Assembly (NCBI GenBank): GCA_951406725.2
Contig: OX597814.1
Coordinates: forward strand, 16,244,001 to 16,308,000
Source: Octopus vulgaris
Taxonomy: Eukaryota
Length of the DNA: 64,000 nt
Reading direction: 5' to 3'
Under the pieces are notes generated by a model. That model was not told where the DNA came from. It worked only from the letters and a program-made list of their open reading frames with translations, and did not search any database. Both the position numbers and the translations under genes were made by a program. This document shows positions 38,236-51,829 of this stretch, piece after piece (positions within the stretch are counted from its first letter, which is position 1; each line of letters starts with the position of its first letter).

Positions 38236-38704
38236 ATACACACACAGACACGCACGCACAAACACACACACACACACACATATTTATAACACATATATTT
38301 ATACCTGCATGCGTGCATACATACATATACATGCATAAGTAATGATTTGAAATTTGTGCATATACCTTGTATTATGCCGTCTAAAGCCCGTTCACTGAAT
38401 TCGGCTAACTGATGACATGAACAGTATGGATATAATTGCTACTGTATTTGCTTCAGGAATTCTTCCGTGTCCGTAGTGCTTATAAAATTTGTGAGAAAAA
38501 GAAAGAAAATGGAATTCACGTGATTCTCTATTAATCACTATGATCTTTTCAACCCATCGTGCATCGGCCCATCGCCGGTGAGATACTGTACAAATAGTTA
38601 TGGTGCATCATTCAGTGCAGTTCTGCCTCGTCAGGTAACTTGTCAAACTGTACTCCGTTCATTAGTCTTTGATTGGTTTATTTCGATTTGAATACAGATT
38701 GTAT

Positions 38705-38945
38705 TCTTTGTCTCTGTAACTGTCCTCCACCATTGCTTGACAACCGGTGCTGGTGTGTTTACCGCACCATAACTTAATGTTTCGGCAAAAGGTACGATGG
38801 TACCAGGCTTTAAAAAATACTAGGCTTTAAAAATGTACCAGGCTTTAAAAAATAAGTAGTCGAGAGCGAGTATTTCGGTTAAAATTCTACAAGGTGGTGT
38901 TTCAGCATGGCCACTGTTTGATGCCTGACACGAAAAAGGATAGAT
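38705..38945 (+). mobile_element. 3' portion of SINE family C with a 3x ~19-bp internal tandem
   Basis: 'cattgcttgacaaccggtgctggtgtgttta...(taccaggctttaaaaa)x3...cagcatggcc'. Confidence 0.75.
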
Positions 38946-39465
38946 AATTATATATATATGAGCGTTGTCCTAAGAAACTCATGCTGCAGTTACGTACATG
39001 GTAGTCTGTGAAGAAGAGTGAAATTTCATTTGTCTTTGACAGAAAACCATTTTAGCATGTTCTGCACTGTGGGTAATGTTACTAATTTTTGATTGGATAA
39101 GAAATCACCAGAAAATTTCAGATTATTATGATAGCTCCTATCTATTTAAAAATCAAAAGCACGGAATCTGTCAGGTACTTTCCAGTAAGGTTTTATATAT
39201 AGCATGCACGAATCAATAAATTCATTCATAATTATGAATCAATTAATTTAATACTTGTTTAATTTTTGAAAATTATGTCTTTTCGGGGATTATTAATATC
39301 ATAATGAGAATAATCTGCTTCCATCAACGAAAACAATAATGACTGCTTTTGTGCTTTTTAGAATTTTTCTCCAAGCAGAATTAAACCACTCTTTACATTC
39401 AAAAGAAGAAACCACGCGCAATGTTGCTAGCTCTACCGTCTTATAATGGATGAATATATATATAT

Positions 39466-39723
39466 GGTTTGTTCCTTCTCGAGTCATGCCTGGCTCATAA
39501 GAGCCGGTTTCCCGGTTTCCTTGGCGTATAGGTTCCCCACGTGGACGGGACGCCGGTCCGTCGCATGTGAGCTGCATGATTCAAGAGGAAAGAGTGAGAG
39601 AAAGTTGTGGCGAAAGAGTCATCAGAAGTTAGCCATTACCTTCTGCTGGAGCCGCGTGGAGGTGTTTCGCTCATAAACACACACATCGCCCGGTCTGAGA
39701 TTCGAACTCGCATAATTCCGACC
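39466..39723 (-). mobile_element. Family B-related SINE (tail type d), 5' end missing
   Basis: Shares 'gagtgagagaaagttgtggcgaaagagt', 'cccggtctgagattcgaac' and 'ggacgggacgcc' with other B copies. Confidence 0.85.
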
Positions 39724-39729
39724 ATATCC

Positions 39730-40081
39730 AGAGGAACAAGCGGCCAAACTGTTTATATACTCAACAAATGCAGCAGTTACTCTATGAAGGAGTCCTTGAT
39801 TTGCATACCCAAAGTGTTTAACACTATAAATACTAGCGGCCACTCAACGGGTATCTTAGTCCACACAGTATCAATGTATGATATAATAAATATGTAACAT
39901 ATGGTATAATTGTAAACAGCGCAAATTTTAAGCATATCTCTGCAGACTGAAAAAAAAATGATGAACAACATTAATCGATTTTTTAATATTATTGGGTACT
40001 CACCAGAGGCGTCTACATCATTCTGACAGTCTCCAGCGAAACAATCAGCCAAACTGTTTATATACTCAACAAATGCAGAAG

Positions 40082-40085
<4 letters not shown>
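39730..40085. repeat. Direct repeat ~45 bp, 305 bp apart
   Basis: 'gccaaactgtttatatactcaacaaatgcag' at 39743 and 40048. Confidence 0.9.
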
Positions 40086-40144
<59 letters not shown>

Positions 40145-40441
40145 ATTTTTCCATCCCCTGTCCTCATCAACCTTCTTCTTCTTCTTCTACCCTACCAAGA
40201 ATTCACAACGACCTCGAACACACAAGTGCAAACAAGAGAGACAGAGAAAGGCAGAAAGAAGGAAAATGCCACTTATATTTGAACACTATACAAATATTCT
40301 TTTAAAAAATCTTTTCTTTTAATTTTTCTAAATTGAATTATTCAATCGTTACAGTTGAAAAGGTCTCAAAATGACCGAAACCGGTACTGAAATGTTCTTT
40401 ATAAAATTATTTTAGCATTTTCTATCTTGACTTGTTTTTTC
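40145..40441 (+). mobile_element. Short element between (TA)n tracts with a decayed hammerhead-like motif
   Basis: 40352-40389 reads cag-TTGAAAA-GGTC-tcaaaat-GACC-GAAAC-cg-GTA-ctg. Confidence 0.5.
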
Positions 40442-40462
40442 ATATATATATATATATATATA

Positions 40463-41709
40463 CAGGAAGTAGACACCTTTAATTTTTCAAGATTTCTGAT
40501 CCAAGCGTCTTAATATGTTTGCAGCGTGTAGAATTTACAATGTAATTATTCTTTTTCATTCCAGGTGCCATTATATTAAACATTTACAAAGAGTATTCAT
40601 GCCATGTACAAAAAAGTCACCAGAATTGTCAGAATTTCAAAGAGGTCGTATTGTTGGGCAATCTGAGGCTGCCCTTAGCCAGCGAAAACTTGCCGAAAAT
40701 CTTCAAATTCTACTTGCTACTGTTAACAGAATTATAGTGCAATTCAAAAGCCAAGAAGGAGAATCAACAGATTCTCGTTCTGGCTGATTTGGGCTCTCGG
40801 AAAAGAAGATTCTGTGTTTGAAGAGAATTGTGGAAAACGAACCCCATTCGAAGGCTTCTGACATTTCAAAACAGCTAGAAGTTAGTTCAAGAACGTGTGT
40901 TACATATCTGAATAAGCTTGGGTATTATGGACGAGCAGCTAGAAGAAAACCTCTCCCTCAACCAATTAATATCATGAAAAGAAAGAAATGTGCTAAGGAG
41001 ATGTCAGAAAAATCCAGTTTATTTTGAGATTTTCTCAGATGAATCCAGATTTGCAATTTTCAGACAGAAGACGCTTTTGGGTCTGAGGGCTTCCAAATCA
41101 AGAATTCGATTTGAAATGACTCCAACCAACTGTGAAAGATGGCGGTATCTCTATAATAGTATGGGGAGTGTCATCAGCAATGGACGTTCTGAGCTGATCG
41201 AATGTGTTGGAACCATAAACTCTGAAAAATACATCGAAATACTTAAGCAAGGGATACTTCCGATGTATTCACACAATAAGATAATGAAAAATGAGATTTT
41301 ATTCATGGAAGATACTGCTCCCTGCTACACTGCGAAAAGGAATCAACAATGGTTGACACAAAATGGGATCACAAAGCTTACTTGGCTGAGCCAATCTCCT
41401 GACATGAACCCAATTGAAAATCTTTGGCGCATACTAGATAGAGCTATACGAAAAACTCGACAGAAAACTAAATCTAAAGATGAATTGTTTCGATTATTGC
41501 GTGAAAAGTAGGCAGAAATTCCACAAGAGACAATCGCAAAGCTCATTAGCTCAATGCCAAATAGAGTTTCTGAATTAAACACTGCAAAACGGAATGTCAA
41601 ATAAATACTAAAGTATGTAGTCCTACCTATTGAGTACATTTCAATCGTTTGCTTTGTGTAATAAATAAAAGATTTTGAAAATTAAATGTGTCTATTTACT
41701 TCCAGCATG
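40463..41709 (+). mobile_element. Full-length decayed Tc1 (DD34E) transposon; transposase pseudogene ~40599-41611
   Basis: [15 protein letters not shown] start, RAARRKP, IFSDESRF, LFMEDTAPC, W.SQSPDMNPIENLW. Imperfect TIRs ('tagacacctttaatttttcaa' / 'ttgaaaattaaatgtgtcta') flanked by TA. Several stops and frameshifts. Confidence 0.95.
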
Positions 41710-41802
41710 TATGTATGCATATATATATACATACATATACAACTGTATTTTGGTAGTGTTGTTGCAACACAAGTAGAAAATGGAAATAGATATAGAAAAA
41801 AG

Positions 41803-41970
41803 TTGATGATGATGATGACGATGACGACGACGACGTTGATGGAGACGACGACGTTGATGGAGACGACGACGTTGATGGAGACGACGATGGCGACGATGAT
41901 GAGAATAATGTTGATGATTGTAGTGATGGTGGTGTGGTGGTGGTTGCGGTTGTGGTGGTGGTGGTTAATG
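41803..41970. repeat. (GAT/GAC/GGT)n low-complexity tract with a 3x 18-bp unit
   Basis: 'gacgacgacgttgatgga' x3. Confidence 0.9.
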
Positions 41971-42173
41971 GTATAGTGATTTTGAGGACCATGTTTATGT
42001 TGGGGTGGGGAAAGATGGAAAAAAACCTGCATAATTTTCTTGCAATGCCTTTTATATTATCCCGATCAGTTTAGTTTGTATTTAAAGTGACTGCGACAAA
42101 ACGCAGAGCATAAAACTTGTTTAAGTGTTTTAAATATATTACGGGTTGAGGGGGATTAGTTTAACATTAACTA

Positions 42174-42174
42174 C

Positions 42175-42246
<72 letters not shown>

Positions 42247-42313
42247 GATGATGATGATGGCGATGATGATGATGATGATGGCGATGATGATGATGATGAT
42301 GATGATGATGATA

Positions 42314-42351
<38 letters not shown>

Positions 42352-42361
42352 AATGATGATA

Positions 42362-42406
<45 letters not shown>

Positions 42407-42551
42407 GTGGTGGTGATGATGATGATGATGATGATGATGATGACACGATGATGATGGCGATGATGATGATGATGGCGATGATGATGATGATGGCGATGAT
42501 GATGATGATGACGATGATGATGATGATGATGATGATGATGACGATGATGGC

Positions 42552-42590
<39 letters not shown>

Positions 42591-42635
42591 AATGATGATG
42601 ATGATGATAATGATGATGATGGTGGCGATGATGAA
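42174..42635. repeat. Long (GAT)n microsatellite
   Basis: Directly visible. Source of the poly-M/H/S/I ORFs. Confidence 0.98.
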
Positions 42636-43189
42636 TGAAAAGATGGCAGGGATGACAACAACGAGTGGAGAGGATAAAGAATAAAAGAATGCATGGGAAG
42701 AAGATGGAGAAGATGTACAAGGAAATGAGCTGATAGTTTCGAAGACATCCTTAATATTATGCGGGAGGCAGTAAGAGGAAGTTTAGACTTAGCCTTAATT
42801 TAAAGGAATTAATGTCAAAACTTTTAATTATAGTGAAAATAACAAACGCGGTGTACGCTACTAGTCTATTTATTAAAACAGTAAAAAAAGTAATTAAGTT
42901 TAATTAAATCTAGATTTAATTAAAACAACATTGAAATTACTTGTTTTATTTTTAGATTTTTATTTTGGCGGCATTTTCGTATCTTTAAACGTTGTCTTAA
43001 TAACTAATGTAATAGAAACGAAATTAACTGTGTATGAATGGAACAAGCGTCGAAATTTCCCTCTTTTTATCTTTTTATACATCCGATGTCCCTATACTTC
43101 GCTAGTCACAATGCACTTCCATTCTTCTCTTCATTAAATCTTTCTCTCACATATGGTCCCACGTTTTAGGAATCTAGTTTTTTTTTCAG

Positions 43190-43286
43190 CACGTTGGCGT
43201 TTTGCCTGAGTTTCACTACCGATTACACTCTGTGCCTGAAATTGTGCATCTCGCGTCCTTGAATATTGCGACAAATCTGGCACACC
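43190..43286 (+). CDS. Candidate internal coding exon (97 nt, phase 0-1)
   Basis: Acceptor 'tttttttttcag|', donor 'ACC|gtaagt', CpG-rich. One open frame: HVGVLPEFHYRLHSVPEIVHLASLNIATNLAH. Confidence 0.5.
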
Positions 43287-43590
43287 GTAAGTATTATTCT
43301 GGTAACGCCGAATCCAGTAAAAAATGTAGCATTTTCAATCTACATTTTCCGAACGTTATAAAATTTGTTTAAATTTCAGAAGAAATTTAAGAAGATGAAA
43401 TAAATATTTTAAATAGCTCAGTATTACCATTCTGTGCTATAAGGCTGAAAAGGAAGATGAGAACGTACACAGCATGTATGTGTCACTAGCAAAATAGATT
43501 ATGGAATTTAAGAAAGATATACCTTCGTGTTATTTTACACAGAAATTCAAGGAGATACTTTACTTACAGATTATGTGGCAAATATCGTGT

Positions 43591-43648
<58 letters not shown>

Positions 43649-44007
43649 CTCTATGTATTCCATGACTTATCTGCAATCAACGGTCAATGGCAGATATATA
43701 AGAATTGTCAGCGTTAATTGCTTAAGTGAAACAATACATACATACAAGTATGTGTGCATATGCGCGTGTGTATATGCAAGCACGCGTGAGTATGTGCGCG
43801 TGTGTATGTGCGCGTGTGTGTGTGAGTGAGCATCTGATTGCGTTTGAGTGTATGTGTAGTTCCACTTCTAAATTGACTGCTTAGATTTTAATATAAATCA
43901 TTTTAGATTTTATAAACACCAACTTGATACAGGAAAAGAACAACAGACTCGTCATTTAATTTCCTGTCTTAAATTGAGACTGATAATAATGACCACAATC
44001 ATGTGTG

Positions 44008-44123
<116 letters not shown>

Positions 44124-44130
44124 CATACAT

Positions 44131-44296
44131 AGGCGCAGGAGTGGCTGTGTGGTAAGTTAGCTTGCTTACCAACCACATGGTTCCAGGTTCTTTCCCACTG
44201 CGTGGAACCGTGGGCAAGTGTTTTCTACTGTAGCCTCGGGCCGACCAAAACTTTGTGAGTGGATTTGTAGGTGGAAACTGAAAGAAGTCCGTCATA
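44131..44296 (+). mobile_element. tRNA-derived SINE family C (CORE-like central domain), short form
   Basis: 'ggcgcaggagtggctgtgtggtaag...ggttccaggttc...tgggcaagtgttttctactgtagcctcgggccgacc'. Confidence 0.9.
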
Positions 44297-44319
44297 TATA
44301 TATATATGACGGACTATAT

Positions 44320-44691
44320 AGGCGCAGGAGTGGCTGTGTGGTAAGTAGCTTGCTTGGGCAAGTGTCTTCTGCTATAGCCCCGGGCCGACCAATGCCTTGT
44401 GAGTTGATTTGGTAGGCGGAAACTGAAAGAAGCCTGTCGTTTATATGTATATGTGTATATATGTGTGTGTACGTGTTTGTGTGTCTGTGTTTGTCCCCAT
44501 AGCATTGCTTGACAACCGATGCTGATGTGTTTACGTCCCCGTCACCTAGCGGTTAGGCAAAAGAGACCGATAGAAAAAGTACTGGGCTTACAAAGAATAA
44601 GTCCCGGGGTCGATTTGCTCGACTGAAGGCGGTGCTCCAGCATGGCTGCAGTCAAATGACTGAAACAAGTAAAAGAGTAAAAGTGTAAAGA
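44320..44691 (+). mobile_element. SINE family C, long form with internal deletion
   Basis: Same head. Extended 3' part ending 'gactgaaacaagtaaaagagtaaaag'. Flanked by 'tatatgacgga' on both sides (TSD-like). Confidence 0.9.
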
Positions 44692-44929
44692 GTATATGAC
44701 GGATTTCATATATATATATATATATACTCATGCACACATATACCTAAACACATGCACATACATGTACATACACGCATATTCTATTATACTGTTGACCGTT
44801 TTAGTCAGAGGCTGAGGTCATGGTGGGGCACAGCATTAATGCTTGCTAGTTTCAAAAACATCTCCAAGCTCTGTCTTCAGAATCGGTCTTGGTGAACAAA
44901 TGAGTTTGACTGCACCCTTTCTATACCTT

Positions 44930-46050
44930 TATGCCTGTGATGAGCGTGGAGATAACGCTGTGCCACGGATAAGTATTTCTCTAATCGTTCCTTTGAAACA
45001 TCCATGTCTACATCGTTGAAATCTTTCAGGCCTTTTGACAAGGTACCGAAAAATTTGCAGGCCGTCGAAGCTGTAACGATTTTGGGTTCTTACAGGGGAA
45101 AGAGAGGATAGAATATTTAAGTAAAGCACATTGCCGTAAGTCCGACGATTGGCTTCCATAATCTTCTTTATACATACATATATACAAACATACAAGCATA
45201 CATGCACATATGCATACATATATGTGTGTATGTGTGTGTGTTTATGTGTGTGCATGTTTGTATGCGTTTGTATGTGTGTATGTATGTCTTCTCTCTAAGG
45301 AGGAGAGCTTCAGCTTCTTTAACCTCTCCTAGAAGCTCATCAGTTGCACCAAGGTGATCGTATCGGTGCCGTGGCGTTGGATTGCAATGTATTCTGACAC
45401 TTTGTGGTGACCATAATTATTAGGAGTAATCCATGGATTCAGAGTGAGCAATCTTCATAAGAATAACATCGTTCCCTTTTTGCTTTCTGAATGATCTCAG
45501 AATCCACCTGGTCAGGCGTCTACATATTTTAAACTCTTAGTAATATGTACACTACATGTTGTATCATTACTCATGTGAAATCCCTGATTACATACCAACT
45601 CTGTCTCAGGGATTGCAATATCCACTGATCCTGTGTATTTTGATTGCAATAAATTTGTAGGCCGAATGCGGAGTACTTGAAATATATCAGCTATGATCTG
45701 CTACATTTTAGAGGGTTCCGTCATTTCTGTAGTCTTGAGTTTTCATCAGAGTCCTTGCCTGCGTATGACACTTTTGTATCACAGTGTAACTGGTGAGAGT
45801 GGCTGACTGTATGTCTGAAGCATGACTAAGAGAGCCTCAACAAGCAGTAGTGGTCTCAGTACAGTTCCCTAAAATATTCCGCTTAGAGTTGGTGTCTACT
45901 CAGAAGGAGCACTATTGACTGTGGGAGTCTAGCTTCTATCTTTTAAAAAGTGATGCTGCCACTCTCTTAATCTTCCATCGATACCCAGTTCATGTTATGT
46001 GTGATGCATCACCTTGTGATCTATTTTGTCGTATATTTGGAACAAAGTAG
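44930..46050 (-). mobile_element. Old, decayed CR1/L2-group LINE RT fragment split by a microsatellite
   Basis: Minus-strand remnants LGIDGRLREW..FLKDR, SGIF*GTVLRPLLL, DTKVS, AIQR...SF*ERLKKLKLSSLERR. Confidence 0.8.
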
Positions 46051-46549
46051 ACCCAGATATTCAACTGGATGACATTTTAGGTATGTCTGTAGTTGTGAGC
46101 AGAGTCTAGATTATTGATGAAGAATTATTGAAAAAGATAAAGGATTTTTTGCCCAGACGAAGAATTTCTTTATATTTTTTAACAAATGCTAGTTAACGAT
46201 CTTGCGGTTTAATAAGGATTGTACAGCGTTAATGAAATGCAGTCCTACAAAGAAAAGATAATAATCTTTTATATAAAATTAGAGGTAGAAGAGATGTTTT
46301 TAGAGAGAAATTCGTAATAGACCTGTAGGGACAACGTGTAGAATTCTTCCAGTTTAGGTAACAATTTATCCACTTCAGATTTTAATGTTACATTTCAATG
46401 AGGATCCAATAGGAGTCAAACTTGGGATTTTTAAAGTTAAGCTGTACGTATTTATAGTTTAGACTTTCGGTCCTATTTGTAATACAGTATGTGGAAGTGA
46501 TCTGGTGTATTTAGTTGTTAATATTATTAATACCGTTAAGGCTGAATCA

Positions 46550-46848
46550 TTATCGCGCCGGGTAAAATGCTTAGCGGTATTTCGTCTGTCACCGTTTTAA
46601 AGTTCAAATTCTGCCGAGGTCGACTTTACCTTTCATCCTCTGGAGGTCGATAAAAAAAGTACCAGATGAGTAATGAGATCAATGTAATCGACTTATCCCT
46701 TCCCCGGGGATAATTTGCCAAAATTTGAAATTAATATTACTAGCACCTTTTAGGCGACGAGCTGGCAGAATCGTTAGCACGTCGGACAAAATGCTTAGCG
46801 GTATTTAGTCCATCTTTAGGTTCTGATTTCATATTATACTGAGGTGGA
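46550..46848 (+). mobile_element. Two adjacent family A SINE copies (46550-46735 and 46753-46848)
   Basis: 'cgccgggtaaaatgcttagcggtatttcgtctg...' and 'ggcgacgagctggcagaatcgttagcacgtcgg'. Confidence 0.85.
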
Positions 46849-47729
46849 ATATTAATAAAGCCTTTGTTATGTATGCAAATACAGTCTCATTTTATCACTA
46901 ATGTGGCGTAGAATATATTGACAAGGTGGCATAAACGAAAAAAATTAAGTTATCCTAGTTAATCTGTTCGACGTTTCTTTCTGCAGCTTGATACCTGTTG
47001 TACAACGGAAGAACTTTATAAAAATTGGGATTCAGTGTATCTTTTATTAAATTTTCTTCTGTAAACTTACAATCTAATTATATACTTACTGTCACTGTAC
47101 TTTAATTAATTAACTTGTTACCATTGAATATATTGGTATTCGCAGTGAATGATTTGTTACTAATATCATATATGATAATAGCTTAACCTCATTTCCTCAT
47201 TTATATCTTTGTAGAACGGAAATTAATTGATAATTGACACTCTTTTAGAAGCCGGAAAAAATAAAAGGTAAAAACAAAAACAAAACTAAAAAATAACAAG
47301 GAAAAACACTAGTCTAGTCGTGTGTTCCCCGGTCTGTTTTGCACAGGCCTCAAGTACAATGAAAATTTTCGTTTATTATATGTCTGCTTGTAAACTTATT
47401 TAAAATTTATCATCACAAAGACTCTATCTTAATGCTTTAGATAAGTAATACGCTGCCAGTGAAATTACTCATATAAAAATAAGCAGAATCTGCGAATATT
47501 GCTCATAATATGTTCTTACTTTTTGATAAGTGACTTTACATTCCACTAGCTAGCTGACGCCTACGACAGATTAAAGAAAATTAAAATTTCTTCAGTCAGT
47601 CATATAGTGGTAAAATTTATCTCGTATAGACAAAATTTATTAAGTATTTATAGAAACACACCGTCTCAATGTTTTAATAAAGCAAACATTGCAAGTGGGC
47701 GTACTTCTAAGACATGTATTCCTCTGTAG

Positions 47730-47773
47730 TGCGGAATAGAGAAGACACTACTGGCAAGCCAGCAAAAGTCACG
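47730..47773 (+). CDS. Possible 44-nt exon (phase 1-0)
   Basis: 'tattcctctgtag|' and 'ACG|gtaagc'. Reads (L)RNREDTTGKPAKVT and would bridge the phases of the 43190 and 61672 exons. Confidence 0.25.
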
Positions 47774-49586
47774 GTAAGCGCCATGTCAACCTGAACTACA
47801 GTATATTCTACAGGAATATGTAGGTAGATAGATAGACATAAAAGACACTCAGGCAGACAAAGAGATTATTTCTAGAATATCAACAGGTTTTATATATACA
47901 GACCATGATCACATCCTATCCGTTATCTGCAAAAATCGAATCTTTCACAAATTTCTCGTGTACGTATAACGAGAGATGTAAACAAAAGAAAACCAACAGC
48001 GTTTCCGAAGCTTTTCATTGTCCCACTTCCAATGACAAATGAACATCAGGGGAATCGCTCCCTCACTCACTTGAAACTGAAATGTCTAGAATCCTATGCT
48101 CCTTAATGGAATTTTTCTCATATTGATCTCATCCTTGGATGGAACCAAAACGGCTCCAAAAAGATAGATCATAAGTACCACAGATGGTGTCCTAAACCTA
48201 CAAAAATCAGCAGAAGGACGATTGTATATATCCTATTGAAATATGGCACCTTAGATTGGATAGACAAATCCATAGTCAATAACCTTTATATAAAGCACAA
48301 ATGGACATTGTTAAACAAAATATAATACCATCCCGGACAAAAGCTTCTTCTCCAAACAAAAGCAACAAGATATCAAAGAAACTTGAATCTCTTCAAACGT
48401 GACTATACTGTGTGCTGCGGAATACGTATTAACACCTCTTGAGTGTACCACAGATAGAGTTGGTATGTTTCTTAAAGTAAAAGCCACGACTATATGACCA
48501 TCAAATGAGGACGAAATTACTTACTAGTTTGTTTCCATGATGGCACACAATTTATTTAGGGCATTAACTTGAAATATGTTGTGTTCCATATTTTTGACTG
48601 TAAAGAAGACTTTCTGATATCAGAGTTGAGTCTTGAATGTCTATAACAAGATTCAAAATATTTATCAATTTGAAGTCATCAAAGCCAGCTTTTTTAGATG
48701 ATATGTAGAGAACGTTCTTTTCTACGGAGCTGAAAACTGTGAAGAACGCCCTTCAGAGCAGGAGATCAACAAGGAAACAAGAACACATTTCACTTATTTC
48801 TACCATTGTTACAGAACGCAAATTAGGCTTTGCTAGCCTCTTCTATCGTGTTACACAACAGGTCATCTCAGGTGTTATATTTTGGAGAGTTCAGTACTCT
48901 TATTGAAGACGAAATCCACTCACCTACATTAACTAATTTGACAAACACACTCACCATGAAATCAAGGGTGGGCAGAGATTTGCAGTGTGGTGGTTTGAAA
49001 TGCATCTCGTGGCCGAGATAGAAAGATAGATAGATTGACAGATAGATGTGTGTATATGTGCCTGTGTGCAAGTACATACATGCATACATATATAGATGGT
49101 GGAATTTACAGATTTTAAATATTTATTAACTGTACATATAAAACTTCGTGTTAAACTAAGGGCTATCTTCACAGAATGTACCACATAATATATAAGCTAG
49201 CGTAGAATTCTCCCGTTTTTACCGTTTTTATCAGTGTCGACTTCCTTTTCTTCAACACAAGAATATTGATTGCATAGGTAAATGTGCAATACATTTACTA
49301 TATAACTCATTTGTTGCATGCACTCAATTCTACGCTAAATACGCATAAAATCTTGTTTACGACTTATCCACTATAACACTAACACAATACTTTCAATAAC
49401 ACATTGCTGTATAAATGTACATAAGGATATCTTCATATGAACTAGTCGCTTTATAACCATACAATATGTCATAAGTATATGTCGCTTTATTCTTATAATG
49501 AGAAAATTTTGGCAATCTTGACAAGTGGCAGATGCAGAAAAGATAGACGTACCTAGTCTGGTTAAGATATATTTCCGATGTCCTGC

Positions 49587-49660
<74 letters not shown>

Positions 49661-51144
49661 ATTGGTTGGTAGAGGAAGAGAGAGGGAGTAGTGTGTTGTG
49701 TCACCATATTGTCTAGTTATACAGCGAAGCTAATGTTTGTTTACTAAACGTATGCATGTAAAATTATTTACAATCTATTCGCACAAATGCTGCTTCTGAT
49801 TTTTAGTTGCTAGCAAACCTAAAGATCTGCAACAGAAACTAATCACTAGATATTACTCATAGTATTTGTGATGGGTAACTTTATTGTGATTGCTCCCAGG
49901 AGAACAAAATGTGCAGACGCAATCTAATAAATTAGCAAAAGCTAAATGAATATACACTGGTTGACCTGTAGTTCGGTCCATTCCGTAGAAAGACCACAGT
50001 TGTTTAACAACAGGATCTATACGTACAGAAAATTTACATGTTTATTAAATGAACGCAAGTATAACTACTTATTAATTTCTCATACTGACTTTGTACATTA
50101 GTTGATTAACATGCCCTAGCAAAATTAGTGTTGTGCAAATGAATGAGATTGGAAAATATTATTTGTAACATTTTCGGTAACTAATTACAAGTAACAATAT
50201 TTCCCCAAAGCGCTCAAAGTGTAGGCAGTTTAGAAGAGTTGACTAAAACGTAACGGAACAAGTGGTCGAACTGTTCTCCGGTCCTTCATACAGTCCGCTA
50301 TCTTGTTTAAATAGGTACATGACCTGTTTTCAAACTACTCTAAATGAAAACAGTTACATCTGACTCACTCTAGATAATTTAGTTAATTAACACACTATTA
50401 GCAAATGTAATGATTAGTAAATGAGTGATACTAGCGAATGTTGCTTTTACAAATTAAATTTTTTTTTTTTAGTGTGTGTATACTCAGCTACAGCTCGTAA
50501 AACAGAAGGTTAATGACATTTAACAAAGTTGTAACACAAATAATAAAAAAAGACGGAATAAAGTAGAATTTCAACTGAGATTTCCTATCTGTTCTTCAGT
50601 GGTAGATCTGCTGTTTAAACTGAGATTTATATTCAAACTGCTTGGGTAAATACGTGTAAATTATCTATATATTTCTATAGTAATTTACTAGTAAACCATA
50701 CTTGCTCAGTCAAAAATTTAGTCCTTTAGAGGGTCGCCACTAAATGTAATAACTTGCAGAAACAAATCCACTAGCGAATTATATTCCTAGACTTTTTACT
50801 ATCTACATAGCGGAAAGGCAGCTATGTAGCTAACAAGTCAGGAAAAAGGTAACGAAACCAGTGTATTCCAAATACCCCATGTTCATTTGGAAAAGAGAGC
50901 CAGGTGAGAATAATTTACAATTACTCAAAACATATTTACAATTACTTAGAATTCAGTCACAGTGGATGCACTCTAGTATGTGATTTCTGTATTTACTATC
51001 TGAATAAAGTGTGCGTGTCAGATCACTTCGGAGATATGGGTGTCAGTGGGTATATAGTAAATATGCATGGCAAAATCTACTGACGTATAATCTTAATGGC
51101 GATTCTTGTACATTCATTTAAATGTATGGGAGAATCTGTCTCTC

Positions 51145-51190
<46 letters not shown>

Positions 51191-51303
51191 ATTATTTATC
51201 TATCTAGCTATCCTCAATATATACATATCCTATATATATATATACATATATATATAATATAATATATATTTATATATATATATAATACATATATATGTGT
51301 GTG

Positions 51304-51389
<86 letters not shown>

Positions 51390-51829
51390 ATATATAGGAT
51401 AGAATGGAAAAAGTTCAAATCATGTAGACTACGATTAGCACATACATCTCGATGGGTTTAGTTAATTTAAAATAAGGGTTAACCAAACTGAAACGCATAT
51501 TGATATATTAGAGATATAAAAATATACGAATAGTAAAAGAATACATGGGCATATAGGTTATATAGATATATAAACATACAAATAATAGAATATAGATAAA
51601 AATAATAGTGGAAAATAGATAACACGTTTAAAATAATTAATATGATATAGACATATAGAGTTTGGGTTACATGTTAGAATAAATAGTGTACTGACGATCG
51701 GTTCTGGGGCTCATTCGTCCGAATTACAGATGAATCTTAAGACTCATTTCCAGAGAACGCTCTCTTCATCAGGGAAAACGAAAAATGATGTTTATTCTTT
51801 AAAAAACACACAGACATATATATGTATAT

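Noticed and set aside
43190-43286. Direct splicing 23384-43190-61672 giving a frame with two in-frame TGAs (selenocysteine or A-to-I recoding)
   Set aside because: Both TGAs are CCT-GAR (Pro-Glu) in the fully open alternative frame. Missing exons are the simpler explanation and no SECIS was seen.
44286-44315. Perfect 30-bp palindrome agtccgtc(at)7gacggact
   Set aside because: Half of it is self-complementary (AT)n and the rest is the family C SINE end meeting a short inverted remnant of itself.
47870-48480. Possible old + strand LINE remnant (KKLESLQT...)
   Set aside because: Too decayed to recover a diagnostic RT or endonuclease motif by eye.
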